Shown here: piece after piece, positions 1-13,214 of the stretch
How the letters are laid out: every line of letters starts with the position of its first letter
How positions within the stretch are numbered: the stretch's first letter is position 1
Notes under the pieces: generated by a model
Told to the model about the DNA's origin: nothing
Database searches by the model: none
Seen by the model: the letters and a program-made list of their open reading frames with translations, nothing else
Program-made: the position numbers and the translations under genes
Source: Diadema antillarum
Taxonomy: Eukaryota
DNA: 64,000 nt
Assembly: GCF_040938485.1 (NCBI RefSeq)
Contig: NW_027270931.1
Span: 1,364,001-1,428,000 of the forward strand
Direction of reading: 5' to 3'

Positions 1-266
1 TAGAAAAAGTATTTGAAAAGCCAGGATTATAGACATGAACACCCTAGCAACATATTTGTGACGAGCTATGACGTTTTTGGCACACAACTGGCCGAATGGA
101 TGGCCATATAGAACGCCACATATATAAATGTAATTTAAGAATGCCATTTGTTTTGAGAAATCATGTCAACAAATATAGGACATTAATAAGGTACGCGTGA
201 TCACATACAGTTTTGCGGCGTATGACAGACACAGTGTGGAGAAGAGAGGCGTTCGTTTTTAAAGGT

Positions 267-427
267 CGGGTCTAGGGCAATTACGCCGTAGGCAATTACC
301 CCGGACCCTTATCCTGGCCCTAATCCTGGACCTAAACCTAACCATAACACTAATCTTTAATCTGACCTTACAACTAACCAGTATTTAGGCGGGGGAATTA
401 CCCTCTGAGGGTAATTGCCCGGATACG
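267..427. mobile_element. Small MITE-like element with GGCAATTACC subterminal inverted motifs and a degenerate CCTAAC tract
   Basis: GGGCAATTAC at the left end and GTAATTGCCC at the right end; internal cctaaacctaacc-type repeats. Confidence 0.5.
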
Positions 428-561
428 TTAAAGATCCCACGACTTGGTTACAATTTGGTAAAGGGTCAATGGACGTTGTAGTCGCTCACAACATGAATAC
501 AGACATTATGTTGTGGAATTAAAACGGATGCACGTCACGAGACCAACATCCACAAATCATT

Positions 562-762
562 CAGCCCACTAGTCATACAGGCCTTGAGTCATACAGTCCA
601 CGAGTTTTATATAGCCCACGAGTCATACAGCCCACGAGTCTGACTTCAAGAAAACAAGGCCCACGAGATCGAGACATTTAGCCCCGCGTTGTATCTGTCG
701 AACTCATGGGCTGTTTTTACCGTCCTAGTGTCGAATTCATTGGCTGTGTGACTCTTGGCTGT
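562..762. mobile_element. Foldback MITE with tandem CATACAGCCCACGAGT subterminal repeats
   Basis: Repeats on the left, their inverse (TGGGCTGT..ACTC) on the right; same family at 57634..57850. Confidence 0.65.
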
Positions 763-1249
763 AACAAAAAAACAAAAAAAAAAACAAACAAACAAGAGAC
801 CCATTCTTTCCCTCACAATCAGATATGCCTTGCTTTTTCCGATTTCCGATGGATTCTTTTATTATCATTCTTTGACTTCCCTCCTTACAACATTATCATT
901 CCTGTGACATTTTCAAGTACATTTTCTTACTGCATTCCGTTTGACTGCCCTAGTCATTGCTGCGACTATTCTACGGATATACAATACATACTGACATAGT
1001 ACTCTTCTAAAAACTGACTGAACAAACCGACCGAAAAGACAGAAATTATGTTTATCGGGTTACTATAATTTTGTACGCACTGAAATTGTTTGTTTGTTCC
1101 TCCCGAGTTACGTATGTAATTGAAAAAGCCACTATTAGTGTATACATGATAGAATGGAAAAATAATTGCATGGCCTTTCATTCGCGGTAATGATGTCACT
1201 TGTGTAATGTGACTTGAGTGACATATGCGACTACGGGAATTTCTCCTTT

Positions 1250-1855
1250 AAAGATGAAATCCAGTCCAAATATAAATTAGTCTGATCAAAAAAAAAAAAA
1301 AAAAGACGAGTACAATTTTACGAGTTCAACGGTAAAAATTTGATTGAAATCGGGTGAAAAAATATAAGTTATGAATTTTTGAAGTTTTGATAATTTCTCC
1401 AAAACAGTTCTTGTACAGTTGGTATGAATATGCAAATAAGTGACCTAACCATGCCATACCCTCACAATTTTCCATTGATCGTGTACAAAAAAAAAAGTGA
1501 CGAAAGTTTCTATTATTGAAGTCTGAAACATGACATTGTTCCTGGTTGAAATTCAGAATAGTGATCAGTTGGATCTTGAGGATTTTAGCCTCGGGCATAA
1601 TTGCGTTTGAATGAAGAAATGGAAATTTCAACATTTTCTGTACAAATGTTATGGAAACTTGTGAGGGAATGACATGCTCACTTTGCCATTTGCATATTGA
1701 CTGTTCAAGAACTGTTCCCACAAAAATAAGAAAACTTCAAAATGTCATGGCTTCCTTATTTTTCATCCGATTTCGATCAAATTTATACCGTTGAACTCGT
1801 AATATTTTACTCTTTCTTATCAGACTAACTTATATTTGGACTGGATTTCACCTTA
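1250..1855. mobile_element. Long-TIR non-autonomous DNA transposon (TTAA-type end, Kolobok-like)
   Basis: AAAGATGAAATCCAGTCCAAATATAAATTAGTCTGAT inverted at 1819..1855; the inverted similarity extends about 130 bp. Confidence 0.7.
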
Positions 1856-2172
1856 TGCGTGCCACATTAAGTTTTTGAACATAGGTATGTGTGTGACATT
1901 TGTGTCCATTTGACTCACTGGCACGGGAAGGGTTACTGTATTCTTAGTAACCTGGGATATGTGACCGTGGTTAAATTAAAAATGGCCTATACATGCTATT
2001 ATCTAACCTCTTTTAGAGATTCGTGTGAGTGTCTTGGTGACATAGGACTGTAGGATGTCTCCAAAATTGACAAAAAACTCATTCATTGTTTCAGTCAATC
2101 TTTGAAATCGCAACAGGGTGCTTTGAAATCAAAATGCTCGTGGCCTTAATGTATTAAGATATAATTAATTAT

Positions 2173-5100
2173 CTACATAGCCCCAATTAACATCCGAATC
2201 GTGGCGACAGACTTTTCCCCCGTCAGATCAGCAACGGCTTCGCCCAGCGCTTTCTTGTCCTCAGGGAGAACGACCAGGTGTCTGAAAACCGGGTCGTCGA
2301 CCTCGACGCATTTCGTCATCAAGACGTCGAGCACGTCGTTAACTGAAGGGCCCGGGGTCACTTTCATTGCGTTGATTAAGCATCTCACTTGACGTCTATC
2401 AATGTCATGAATGGTGTCGTCATTGCTCTGGGCTTCTAGTTGAGACAAAACCGATGTCACCATTCCTGTTTCTACCTTAGTAGGTTCGATCAGGCACACC
2501 CTAAAGTAAAATCAACAAACATGTTATACAGTTTTAAACTGAACATGTAAGGGAGCTTTAGACTTTCGCGATGCGGACGTTTAAAGGGAAAACATGTCCT
2601 GCGCTTGCGCAAAATTCCTTATCAACATCTATTCATAGCTCGCGTTGTCTGAGCTTCACTACGCGTTTTGGGCTATTTTTTACGTCCGCTCAATTCATGG
2701 CGCAGAGAGCTACACGTACTTGACGCACCAATCATATAGGGGTGCCATTGTATTTTCATAGATTGCGTCTCCCCGTTATCTCAACTACTTTGTTACACAA
2801 CGCAGGGAGAAAGAAGAACGCCCAACGAAATCGTCGTCTTAAACGTCCGCGTCTAATCTAAATCTAAAGGTTATGCTCCCCATTGCCACGATCGCTATGA
2901 CAGCAATCACGGACACACATGCACACACACATCAATAATACAGGACTGGAAAAAGATCGAACAACGTTCTCTACAAATAAGCTATGACTTGCAAGATTCG
3001 TTGTCACATCTTCCACTAGCTGTGATGTTGTGGCCCTAATTAAACATATATAATATAGAAGAACACATTGAAGAATTATGGATTCATAGGTAAGTTCTAG
3101 CTGATACACTAATGTATCCAAAAAACACAAGTCTAATATTTCGAAAGCGGCTTTGAGATCAATTTTTGTTACTAATGGAACATATGGACCTGTATGTCAC
3201 ATTGCATTCAAAATTGTAATGAATAAATGCAAAATACAAGTATCACTTTAATAGGATGAAACTCTCTTTTGGTCATCTCGATCTTTTCAAAGTTTATTTT
3301 TATCACGAAATTTTCATTTGCCTCTAAAATCATGCGTTGACTCGATGTCCCTTTACCCGAAATCATATCGAAACCAAAATCATTCTTGTTGCTTTTAAGG
3401 AGAAATTTATCTCTAATATACCTGTGAATCTATTAAATGCACAAATATTGTTGTAGTACACGTTAGTGAAGTTTAAAGTTTATTCGATAATACTTTCAAA
3501 ACTGTTAAAAAGTTCTTAGATTTGATATTACTTAATATGCCGTCATCGCTTTGTGAAAAGACTAGTTTTCAAGCATAGTGAAAGAGCGCAATATCCATGA
3601 TATTTCTCATATTTAGGTCAGTAACAAAATCTAAGGAAAGATTCATGGAATTTAGGCATACTCTCTTCAACTTGTCACAAATCGTTGTTGATTGCTCATA
3701 AATTTAATCAAATATTTAAAAGACCATGACTCTTATAAATGTTGCCTCTTGTTTGCAATGATTACCGGTAATCAGGTAATTGGATGAATTACTCTGCATG
3801 TGATTGTTTGGAATAATGAATTAGTCTCAAAGAAAATGATTACTACTCTATAATACCTGATATTGAATGACTTGACCGTGGAGAGCAGTGATTCGAAAAA
3901 TCCTTCCAAGGCAAACTTGGAGGCGCTGTAGAAGTCATAGTAAGGGACACCTGTAATCCAGTGAGACAGTATACAATAACGTAATCATTGACAATGACGT
4001 GGAGTGAAAAATTAACATGTCTGAAGTTCTGGAACATTGAAGAAATATCAGGTAACATGGCTAAGGGGCTATACAAGCGGCTTGTACGCCTTTCTCCTCT
4101 ATATTATCCTGATCGCATTCTCACATTCTAAGGTTGCCTAACAACTATTCTAGTATTTTTTATCAATCTACTTTATATATGTATGTATGGATGTATGTAT
4201 TCGTTTATTCATTCTTATCTATTTATTTAGTATTGTTTATAATTATGTTTATCTATCGTTTATTCTCTTTGATGAACAAATTGGTGGAGGAGATGAATTT
4301 GATCTATGGATTTTGTATTCACTATCTACATTCAGACTATTCATTAAAATGATAATCAACATGATTAAGGAGTTCTTGCTGCATTGTTGGCAGTTTCTCC
4401 TCTCAATACATTATGTTATCACCATTCTGATTATTTTTACTATCATTATCATCTTTATCGTTTAGCATATATAGAGACTGAATCTATATATGCATCTATA
4501 AGATGTGGTTGTACATAGTATCATCATCATCATCATCATCATCATCATTTTACAGTTCGGAATAAACACTTCCCGTCTTCAGTAAGTCACTATCTCATTT
4601 TATGCCTTGTGTGCGTTCAACTGCCTCTAAGTGGCACAGACAAGATTTTGAGCATTGGGATTGAAATTTGGAACAAAGCGTTACCACCAATGTGTCAGTT
4701 GGCGTTCATGCAGGAAACTTTATCCGCGTACCTTGTTTTCCCGCCACACTCGTTACGCTGATGATTTTTCCCGCCTTTTTCTGCTTCATGTGAGGGAGTA
4801 CCGCCTGAGTGAGTCGAATAGTGCCAATAGTGTTCACGTTAAAGATGCTCTCGATTTTGGCGCGTGACACGCATTCCGGGATTCCCACGACAGCAATTCC
4901 CGCTATGTTGACTGAAGAATAAGGAGATCAATACATATGAGCTACCACAGCAAAACTTTCAAATCTCCACTTGACACAATGATATGGCTAATGTACTGCG
5001 GTTATACTTCAAACGTCTATATTACTGCCTTTAGACGTGAAAAGCAGTAAACAAACAACGTAACCCCCTTGATAAAAAAAAACAAAACGTAGTGCTCTTG

Positions 5101-8100
5101 TTGATTAACAGGTTTCCGTATTGGAAAATGAATTTGGTCATAGGCAAACATTTAATGGCTTTATTAAAAAAACAAACCCGTTTTGATGGGCAGGCCATAG
5201 AAAAAAAAAACACCCTACATTATCAAATTTCAAGAGACACAATGAAAAGAGAGGCTCATTGTTTTGTCGTCAGGAGAATATTTATATTATATTGGATGGC
5301 TATGAATGGGATACTATACGTTCGTGCATTGGGGCACGTAATACCGCACTCGGCGCGAGATTCGCCACTGGTCTATTCAACGCGGCGCTACGCGCCTTGT
5401 TGAATAGACCAGTGGCTTATCTCGCGCCTCGTGCGATATTCGTGCCCTATGCACTCACAACTCATAAATTATTCGTTTTATACAACACCTTGTCCACAAT
5501 CACAGTACTAAATTAGAGACCGCTAACTCAGGAAGGCCCAAAAATAAATGTAACAATTAGGCCGAGAATTGTAAACCACCCTGTGTACTGCTTTCAAACA
5601 CTCGTCATGATTCGACCACACAGTCACAGGAATCACAAACTCCGCAGGGTCTATACCCATTCTACGCTAACGTTAGATCGAGTTAGGCCTGACTGTTAAG
5701 CCTACCTGAGATGTCGGTAGATCTACTAGTAGGTCTAGACTTTCTCTATTTCCGAAAATGATTTTGTATAAAAACACAGAAAAATAATCAAATTACGGTT
5801 TCTCAACTTGAAATGAAGTCTTGATTTTGGGATCACTGTGGTCCACGTAGCAGATCAGAGTCAAAACTAAAAACACAGAGCATGCAGTAGGTAGGCCGCA
5901 ATACATGCAACTAGCTAGGTAAAGTAGCTGCGCGTACACGTTAACGTTGCAGTACTCCGCCGCGCGCGACTGGTCTGTTTACCGGCAGCGCATCGCAGCG
6001 CAGCCGGCCAGCACGTACAATGTAGTTTGCTGGCGCTTTGCTGCTGTGAGCAGCCATGCATTAGTAGCCCCCCACGAAGCCGTGCTATAGTACCTTCGAG
6101 CCGTGCAATAGGCCCATGCCAGGGGCCTATTGTATGGCTGTCACTCTCAATGAGTTTGGTAGGTATTTTCTATTGAATGTCATGTGACATGTTCTTGGCC
6201 AATCACAATTCGACATCATTCTGAGGTGTTGTATAGCAGGGGATATTGCATGAGTTAGGGCCAATATTGCACGAATCGAAGATGAGTGCAATATTAACCC
6301 TAACGAGTGCAATATTCCCTGGTTTTCCATGAATCAAGGCCATGCAATATAATTATTATCATCTATACAATCAATCAGAGCAAGCATAACCTGCACAAAA
6401 TTACCCGGTTCTACTTGTCTTTGAAGTTGACTCGGCAGTCCCATCACAGCGCTGAAAAGGGGAAGCCCCTAAAACTGCGTATGAAACAAACAACTAGCAA
6501 GATGTTTGCGCGCTTGTGAAAATGTAACAAAATGACGCGCACTAGTAGCAAGCGTTTGCGCATTCAGCAAGCGCTCACGCAATAAACGAGACGGAATTCT
6601 TCTTCTTCTTCTGATTAGTCTGCCTCCTTCAATAGACTGAAGATTCTTGCAGACTGGTGCTATTTACATTATAATACAATTTATTTACAGATATTTACAA
6701 GCACATAGAAAATTTGACGAAAATACTAGCCACTGTGATCAACCGTTAGACGGTTTCGAAATGATCCCACAGATGGCGCTGAAACAATTTCTGACGACAG
6801 GGAATTCCAGTTCCTGGAATATCGAATATCGAATATCGAAAATTGAATATCGTGTGATCTTGAACGGCAAGTAACAACGGTAGCCTATGGGGAATTAATA
6901 CGTTGGCCTATGCGTTTCGTTCAATATGCTCTGATATTGAATGGTAAACATTGAGCGGACTACACTACGCGTTTTTAATGCGCCGCTAAAACGTCCTATA
7001 TAGATGATAATCTATGGGATTGATTCAGCAGGCGTGCAATTCAACACCTAGCTGGCTTCGCTGAAAAAGGCAAGATCCAACACTTAAGCCTGTGCCTAAG
7101 CTGAGCTGACAGTAGTTGCCTGCATGTGGACTACGCAATGTCTATTGTAAAGCAGATATTCGACTGTCAAATTTGCAAGAAAATCATCGCGACAATGTCC
7201 AATAGAATCATATCAATGCGACAGATAGGTAGGACAACTCATACACGGTGGAACAGTCTCGGGATCGCAGTGAAACTGCTTCATCAATAGATTTGATAGG
7301 ACTGTAGGGAGCATCATGTTAGGGAAAACATGTAAATATTTAGGATTCTATAGCATTTATATTCTAGATAGAACGTTAATAAAGCCTCAAATATTATTAA
7401 TATAAATGAATCAGCCTCACATGACAAATTTCATGAAAATCATTGAAAATAATCAACTGTAGGGATACTTTAACATAAGAGGTAGGTCCAAGTCCTCGAA
7501 AAATTCGCCAATATATCATGTTTCATTATTGACCACCTTTGAATCTCATTGCATAATTTTCTGTTTTAAGCAAGTTTATAGGACTGGATTAAATGGTTTG
7601 ATTCTGTTGAAAATTAGACAGACATCATCACAGATTTGCTGGTTTCAGATAAGGACATAATCTCTAACCGTGCAAAGATTGTATCATTTTATGAAGGAAT
7701 CAGCTAAGAAATGGGGCAATTAAAAGATCTGAAAAAAAAATCTGACAGTGCTATTTGAGCAGCAGCGATGACTGAGAACTAGTGAAATACATGCTTGATG
7801 TTTTAAGGGTAAACACAATGTAATGGAATGGAAAAAATTCATTAAAGCAAATTAAATGAATAGTTTTTTTTCAATGATTGCCACTTTTATTTCTTTCTTT
7901 GAAGAACAACAAACAAGAACAACAACAAGAACAAGGCAATGACGAAGATAAAACTAATATTTTGTCACTTCGCTTCCTTTTTTTTTTCGATTACGGAGCT
8001 ATGTTGGCCTTTTCAACGAAGAGTAAACCAGCCATGCAGGAAACGGCTGTGATCAGCAAGTACTCACTGAGAATATCGACGCCTCCATGCGTTGTAATGA

Positions 8101-8332
8101 CGTCATCAACTACTCGTGTGATGTCTTCATCCTTGGTGATGTCCATCTCCTTAATGAAGATTGTTTTATCAATAGCGTCCCCAACGGCGGCAACTAACTC
8201 GGCCTTTTCTGACATGGCAATGACGGTAGCGATGACAAGGTAGCGTTGATCGGGGTCTTGTGCGAGACGTCGAGCCGTAGAGAGCCCGATACCAGACGAA
8301 CATCCGGTCACGAGAACTACTTGAGGAGCCAT
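2173..8332 (-). CDS. SDR-1: classical short-chain dehydrogenase/reductase, RDH8/17-beta-HSD1-like, 288 aa; coding exons complement(8068..8332, 4732..4911, 3857..3950, 2173..2500)
   Basis: GT-AG junctions at all four exons give an 867-nt open frame. Motifs: TGCSSGIG, NIAG, helix NVN, catalytic Ser (VTSVAG) and YSASK. The exon structure is identical in four paralogs in this window. Confidence 0.92.
2551..2880. mobile_element. MITE in SDR-1 intron 3
   Basis: GGGAGCTTTAGA...GCGGACGTTTAA TIR inverted at 2839..2880; homology with SDR-2 intron 3 breaks at this point. Confidence 0.6.
5324..5454. repeat. Palindromic hairpin MITE core
   Basis: ~63-bp imperfect arms (…GCCACTGGTCTATTCAAC…) around a 3-nt loop. 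Confidence 0.7.
6130..6371. repeat. Palindromic-core MITE
   Basis: Hairpin 6239..6319 (GCAATATT repeats); short ATTGTAT terminal inverted ends. Confidence 0.55.
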
Positions 8333-9128
8333 GGTGACCACACGAAGTTCCCCGAGTTCTTTATATGAAGATAATACATGGAAACAAGTTTACCCGAATA
8401 GTTTAGCATTATCGCGGATTTGTTCATGGAAAGGTGAGATGTCGAAAAATTATTGATAATGGCATTTGAGACGAAATAAGTATAACCTGTACGAGAATGA
8501 CTCCCTGTCATTTAATTATCATAATATTTAACTTCACGCTATATAGCTGGTTAGGTTAAATGAATTATTTACCATTTGCAGATGAAACAAAAGCCAAGCT
8601 TTCGTGCTGCACGATTTTAAATGTGAACCTGCAGTCATGCAGGCTGGCCTTCTGATGTTACCACTTTCATTGAGAGATCCCATCCATTCAGAGAGACATG
8701 CATTGTTCCTTCACGATAACACTCAAATTTGGAAAAGTGTAATTTGTCATTGTTGTTTTTAAAGTTAATGTGCTCCGTTATGCATGACATTTGTCAACAT
8801 AATTAGGTATCATTGGAAAGAAGAAAAGTTTCTCTTTCCCCACAATCAACATTGCACTCTCCAGAGCTGACAATTTTGAAATATTAGCCCTCCAAATTTG
8901 GATTACATTTTTTTTTTGGGATACGCACTGTATATTCCTTTTCGTGAAGCCCGAATTCGTATTTGTCAATAAACAGGTGGTCCTCTACAGCAAAATAAAT
9001 AATATTCATCATAAATCCCGATATATTCAAAGCTAAATGAAAAAGATACACATAACGGCCCTAAGCTATCTAAATTCCGGCCTTCTTTCAAATTGAATGG
9101 AGCTATTTGGAACATGGTTGCCTATTCA

Positions 9129-9400
9129 CGAATTTGAATGATCGACGAGATTTCGTCGCCAGCTTGCCATAAATTTGAACGCTCATTGCTGAAATGCGTG
9201 CTCCTTTCTTAAATTTAAATGCTCCAATTGTGAATTTGAGTGCTCTGACAGTGAACTTGAATGTTCCGATAGTAAATTTGAATGCCCCGATAGTGAATTC
9301 AAATGACCGGATTTTGAATTTGATAGCTGATTCAGCGCTGCGAGCATGGAACGCGTAAAATTGAATGCTCGGAATAGGAACTTGGTTAACGAAAGTATGA
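9129..9400. repeat. Degenerate ~21-bp tandem repeat (GAATTTGAATGCTCCGATAGT-like)
   Basis: Recurring AATTTGAA(T/C)G at ~21-bp spacing. Confidence 0.6.
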
Positions 9401-10113
9401 AATTGAACGGGAAAACCTATAGTTTTAATAATAACAACAAAATTATTTCGACTAAACCGTCTACAGTTATTGTTATTGAGAATAAATCAAATGATAGTAT
9501 CTCCTTAGATTATATAGGCTTTATTCAAAAAAATTTATATGGTAGGATGCTTTGTGCTGCAAGTGACCTAAACATATGCATCGAATGTGATACCTCGAAG
9601 ATTTTAAAATCACTGCTCCATGTCAAACAATACCGTTAAGTTTGTCTTCCAACATAATTTTCATGCATTCTACTTCTTTTTCTTGCTCCTCATCTTCTTT
9701 GTTCTTTCCTTCCTTCTCTCTTTACACTTTTGATAGGCGCTCATAGTTTAAGTTTACTATTAAGACTAGCGGTATCCTCTCTGATGATATCTGCTCAGAA
9801 TTTTAGAGAATGTCGATTAAAGTTGACAAATTTCTAATACTCATTCAATTTCCTGCATGGTTTGCATTGCTGCTTTCTGTGTCCATACAAACTCTGTTCT
9901 CAACGTTAACAACACCTGTAATGCACGTCAAAACAATACTGACATTTACCACACAGTAGAACCCAAACATCTATCACTTTATGTTGTATTTTGCTGTGCT
10001 CGACTTCTTTTTTTTTCTCTCCTCATACTCCGGTTAACAATGTGAACTTCATATAGCGATGAAAGCAGAACACGGACCCACAATACATCGAAAAGAACAA
10101 AGCAACGTATCAT

Positions 10114-10255
10114 TGATAATAATAATAATGATAATGATGATGATAATAATAATAATAATAATAATATTGATAATTACAATAAAAATATAATTATAGAGCC
10201 TCATATAAAGCGCTCATTCTACCTAAAAAGATACTCATGGCGCTGTAGAACACAG
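10114..10255 (-). mobile_element. L2-type LINE/SINE 3' end with (TAA)n tail
   Basis: CTACAGCGCCATGAG...GAGCGCTTTATAT stem-loop-type 3' end followed by an ATT microsatellite. Confidence 0.55.
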
Positions 10256-10311
10256 TACATTCCTGTATCACGTGACAACATACATACTAATACATACTAA
10301 TGTCTTCTCAC

Positions 10312-10440
10312 CTTTTGCAGAAGGTCGGAAATCTAAAGGTGCGACGTAAAGTGCAGTGCGATCTTGTGTGTGCTGTGTCCAGTGAGACGGTCAGAATATT
10401 CTAGACAAAACTGTAATGACATTTTAGTTTTTAGCCGACT
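10312..10440 (-). other. Putative non-coding leader exon of SDR-1 (5' boundary approximate)
   Basis: Donor AAG|GTGAG at 10312/10311; sequence homologous to the leader blocks upstream of the other four SDRs. Confidence 0.55.
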
Positions 10441-11239
10441 TGTGTAAACTGTATAGGGGCAGTTGGTCAGTACGACTGCGATATATCTTGAGGGTGAAGT
10501 CTATGTATGCTCAAGACAAATAGTCCAGGAGTATTTTCATAGTTTTAACCTGGCCATAAAACAAGCTGATTTTTTTTTTTTCTGGATAGGTCTCGAAATA
10601 TGTCTAGAATAACATACTTAAAGTCCTCATAAATCCTCCTTGAGCGTTTTTTTGCAATCCACGCAAGTATCGTAATCCAAGATGGCGTCCAATATGGCCG
10701 AAATTTCATGAAATTCCAAATACAAAATTTAAATGTCTAAATATATGTTTTGAAGTATGAGGAACTCAATAAAATACCTACCAAGAGTTGTTGAAGCATG
10801 CAAGTACCGTAATACAAGATGGCGTCAAAATGTCTAAATATATATTTTGAGACATAAGGAACCTAATGAAATACTTATTCAGAGATCATGAAGCGCGTAA
10901 TTACCCAAAAACCACTCGAGTTCTTCGCGAAAACCAAATGTTGCCCCAAATGGCCACCATTTGTTTATCAAAACATTGCTGCTTTTAGCCTGTTTCAGAG
11001 ACAATGACATTCAACATACTGTTCAAGATTCAACAACACAGATGGTCCAGGGGAATCTTTCCCTAGAATGTGCACAACATGGATAAAGGTTGGTCTGGAT
11101 GCATCCTCTGATAATACAATACTTTATTTTCCAAATATTTAACTTGAAATATACGAACTTTGTCATTGAATTGCAATCATGAAAAGGCTAAACGTATTAA
11201 AATAATATTAAATATATTCTTTGAGGATGGACAATTTTC

Positions 11240-12110
11240 TCAATATTACACCAAGGGTGCAGTAGGCCGTTTAATGACGATCATAAAAATACAGAACTCC
11301 CTCCATTCGAAAGGGGTCTCCATCCCCCACATCCTCCACTAGCTCATTGCCTTGAGTATACTAGTCTTTATTCTATTTACACTCGAAATAAATATCTAGT
11401 ATTTCATCAACAGTGCATACCATAAAACCCGTAAAAAAAATCCCCGTTTTGTTGGAGGGTGAACCACCTCATACACGTTCCCCGCATATTTTCATAGATA
11501 TATAATTTCTTACTTTTATGACAAAAACAAATATCAAATATTTCACCTAAAGAGTGCCCTAAATCTCTGAATATCAAATTGGAAAATGCTAAAGACTCCA
11601 TCGTTTAGGAAGCAGTGTTCTCCTCCCATACTCCCTCCTACCCGACACTTTCCTGAATATATATTTTTCCTAACGTTTTAAAATAGAAAACAAATATTGG
11701 ATATTTCACCAAAAGGGTGCAACAGATCTGTGAATTTCAAGTCTGAAAAAGCGAAATTTTCCCTCGTGTGGGAGCGGGCAACCCTATGATCGCACACTTC
11801 CATGATTATATATATATTTGCTCCTTTTTTGATGGAAACAAAAATCTAATATTTCACCAGTAGGGTGCACCAGATGTCTGAATATCAAGTCTGAAAATGC
11901 AATATCTCCCACATGTTGGGGGGGGGGGGGGATTCCTCTTCCACACCCTATTGCCCGTTTCCCTGAATACTACTTTATATTTTTCCTACTCTTTGATTGA
12001 AACAGTTCAATATCTTATCAAACGTTTGCACTATACTAGTATGTTTCTCCTAAATATAGCAGTAAAAAAAAATCCTCGTGTGGGAGGAGAGTATCACTCC
12101 TCCATGTACC
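11240..12110. repeat. Degenerate ~150-bp satellite-like repeat, about 5-6 units
   Basis: Recurrent TTCACC...GGGTGCA..AGAT..TGAAT.TCAAGTCTGAAAA and CCTCGTGTGGGAG motifs. Confidence 0.6.
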
Positions 12111-12599
12111 CATAACTATGAGTGCCATATTCTCTTATTTCTATCTTTTATCATTATAATTTTACCTCATCTACGCGAAGTGAATATCAAAGATAATTTA
12201 GACACTATGTTTTAGGTCCTATGTGTGTATGTGTTTGAATATTTACACCTGAAGAGTTTCATTTCACAACATGATATATCTATTATAGTCCATAACAGAA
12301 AGTTGCATTTAAAGCATACAGAACAAATCTTTGATACATGTATAACTTTAAATACAGGGAGAAGTGGGACAGTGATGCTTTCCCAGTTCACCCCAGCACC
12401 CCAAAAAATTCAAAATAGCGGCTAACATGACATTCTATTTAATTTTTGCACAATCTTTTAATGCAAATTATTGGAACTTAGAAGGCCTTCATAAATTATA
12501 ACATGCTAAGTGCCTGCTAAAGCCTTGTAATGAATGCAGAAAGCATTTCAAACTGAATGCAAAAACTACCAAAAAAATGTGTGCGAAAAAAAGTTAATT

Positions 12600-12960
12600 C
12601 AAAATCAAACTTCTTTTACACGATCCCAATATAGGAACGAGTACCTACACATTTATACGAGTCAAGAGTTCACTCAACAATAAGAGAGAATGCACTGATA
12701 ACAATCCTATTGCTAACTGGTTGATCAGAGTCTCGAAGCATACTATAGTGACCGTCATATCATAAGGTAAACATTGTCGTTGATAGCTGGAGAAAGGTTC
12801 ATCAATTATAGATGATAGGTCACTTTTACGATAACTTAGTCGACATTACATATTGGCAGTCGTTCGGTAGTCTTATCTTTGAGCATTCCAAAGTGTAAAT
12901 TTAATGAACAGGAATACTGGAGCTGACCCACAAAATGATAATGACACACCGCAACAGTCT
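12600..12960 (+). pseudogene. Fragment of the repeated spacer block; candidate decayed GPCR remnant (TM3-TM4 region)
   Basis: Homologous to the blocks at 17.4, 31.3 and 41.3 kb; IVVDSWRKV (12773..12799) at a DRY-like position and LSLSIP (12873..12890) as a TM4-like end; many stops. Confidence 0.4.
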
Positions 12961-13025
12961 TTTAATTATAGAAACTGCAGTTAAACATAGTAACAATAAC
13001 TGATGTGGTGTCAAACGGCAATATA

Positions 13026-13059
<34 letters not shown>

Positions 13060-13214
13060 AGTCAAGTAGTGTCCGTATAAAAATAACAAAATCATTTTGG
13101 GAACATTTCGAGTCTATTCCTTCACCCCACCCCCCCCCCCCCCGCAACGAGGAAGGCATCCCTAGATCCGCCACAAGCAATTTGCATACTGATAGCATTA
13201 AAATACAAACTAAT

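Noticed and set aside
6826-6852. (GAATATC)n heptamer run; also a 29-bp x3 repeat at ~50545-50625 and many (CA)n/(AT)n tracts
   Set aside because: Ordinary simple repeats with no further structure.
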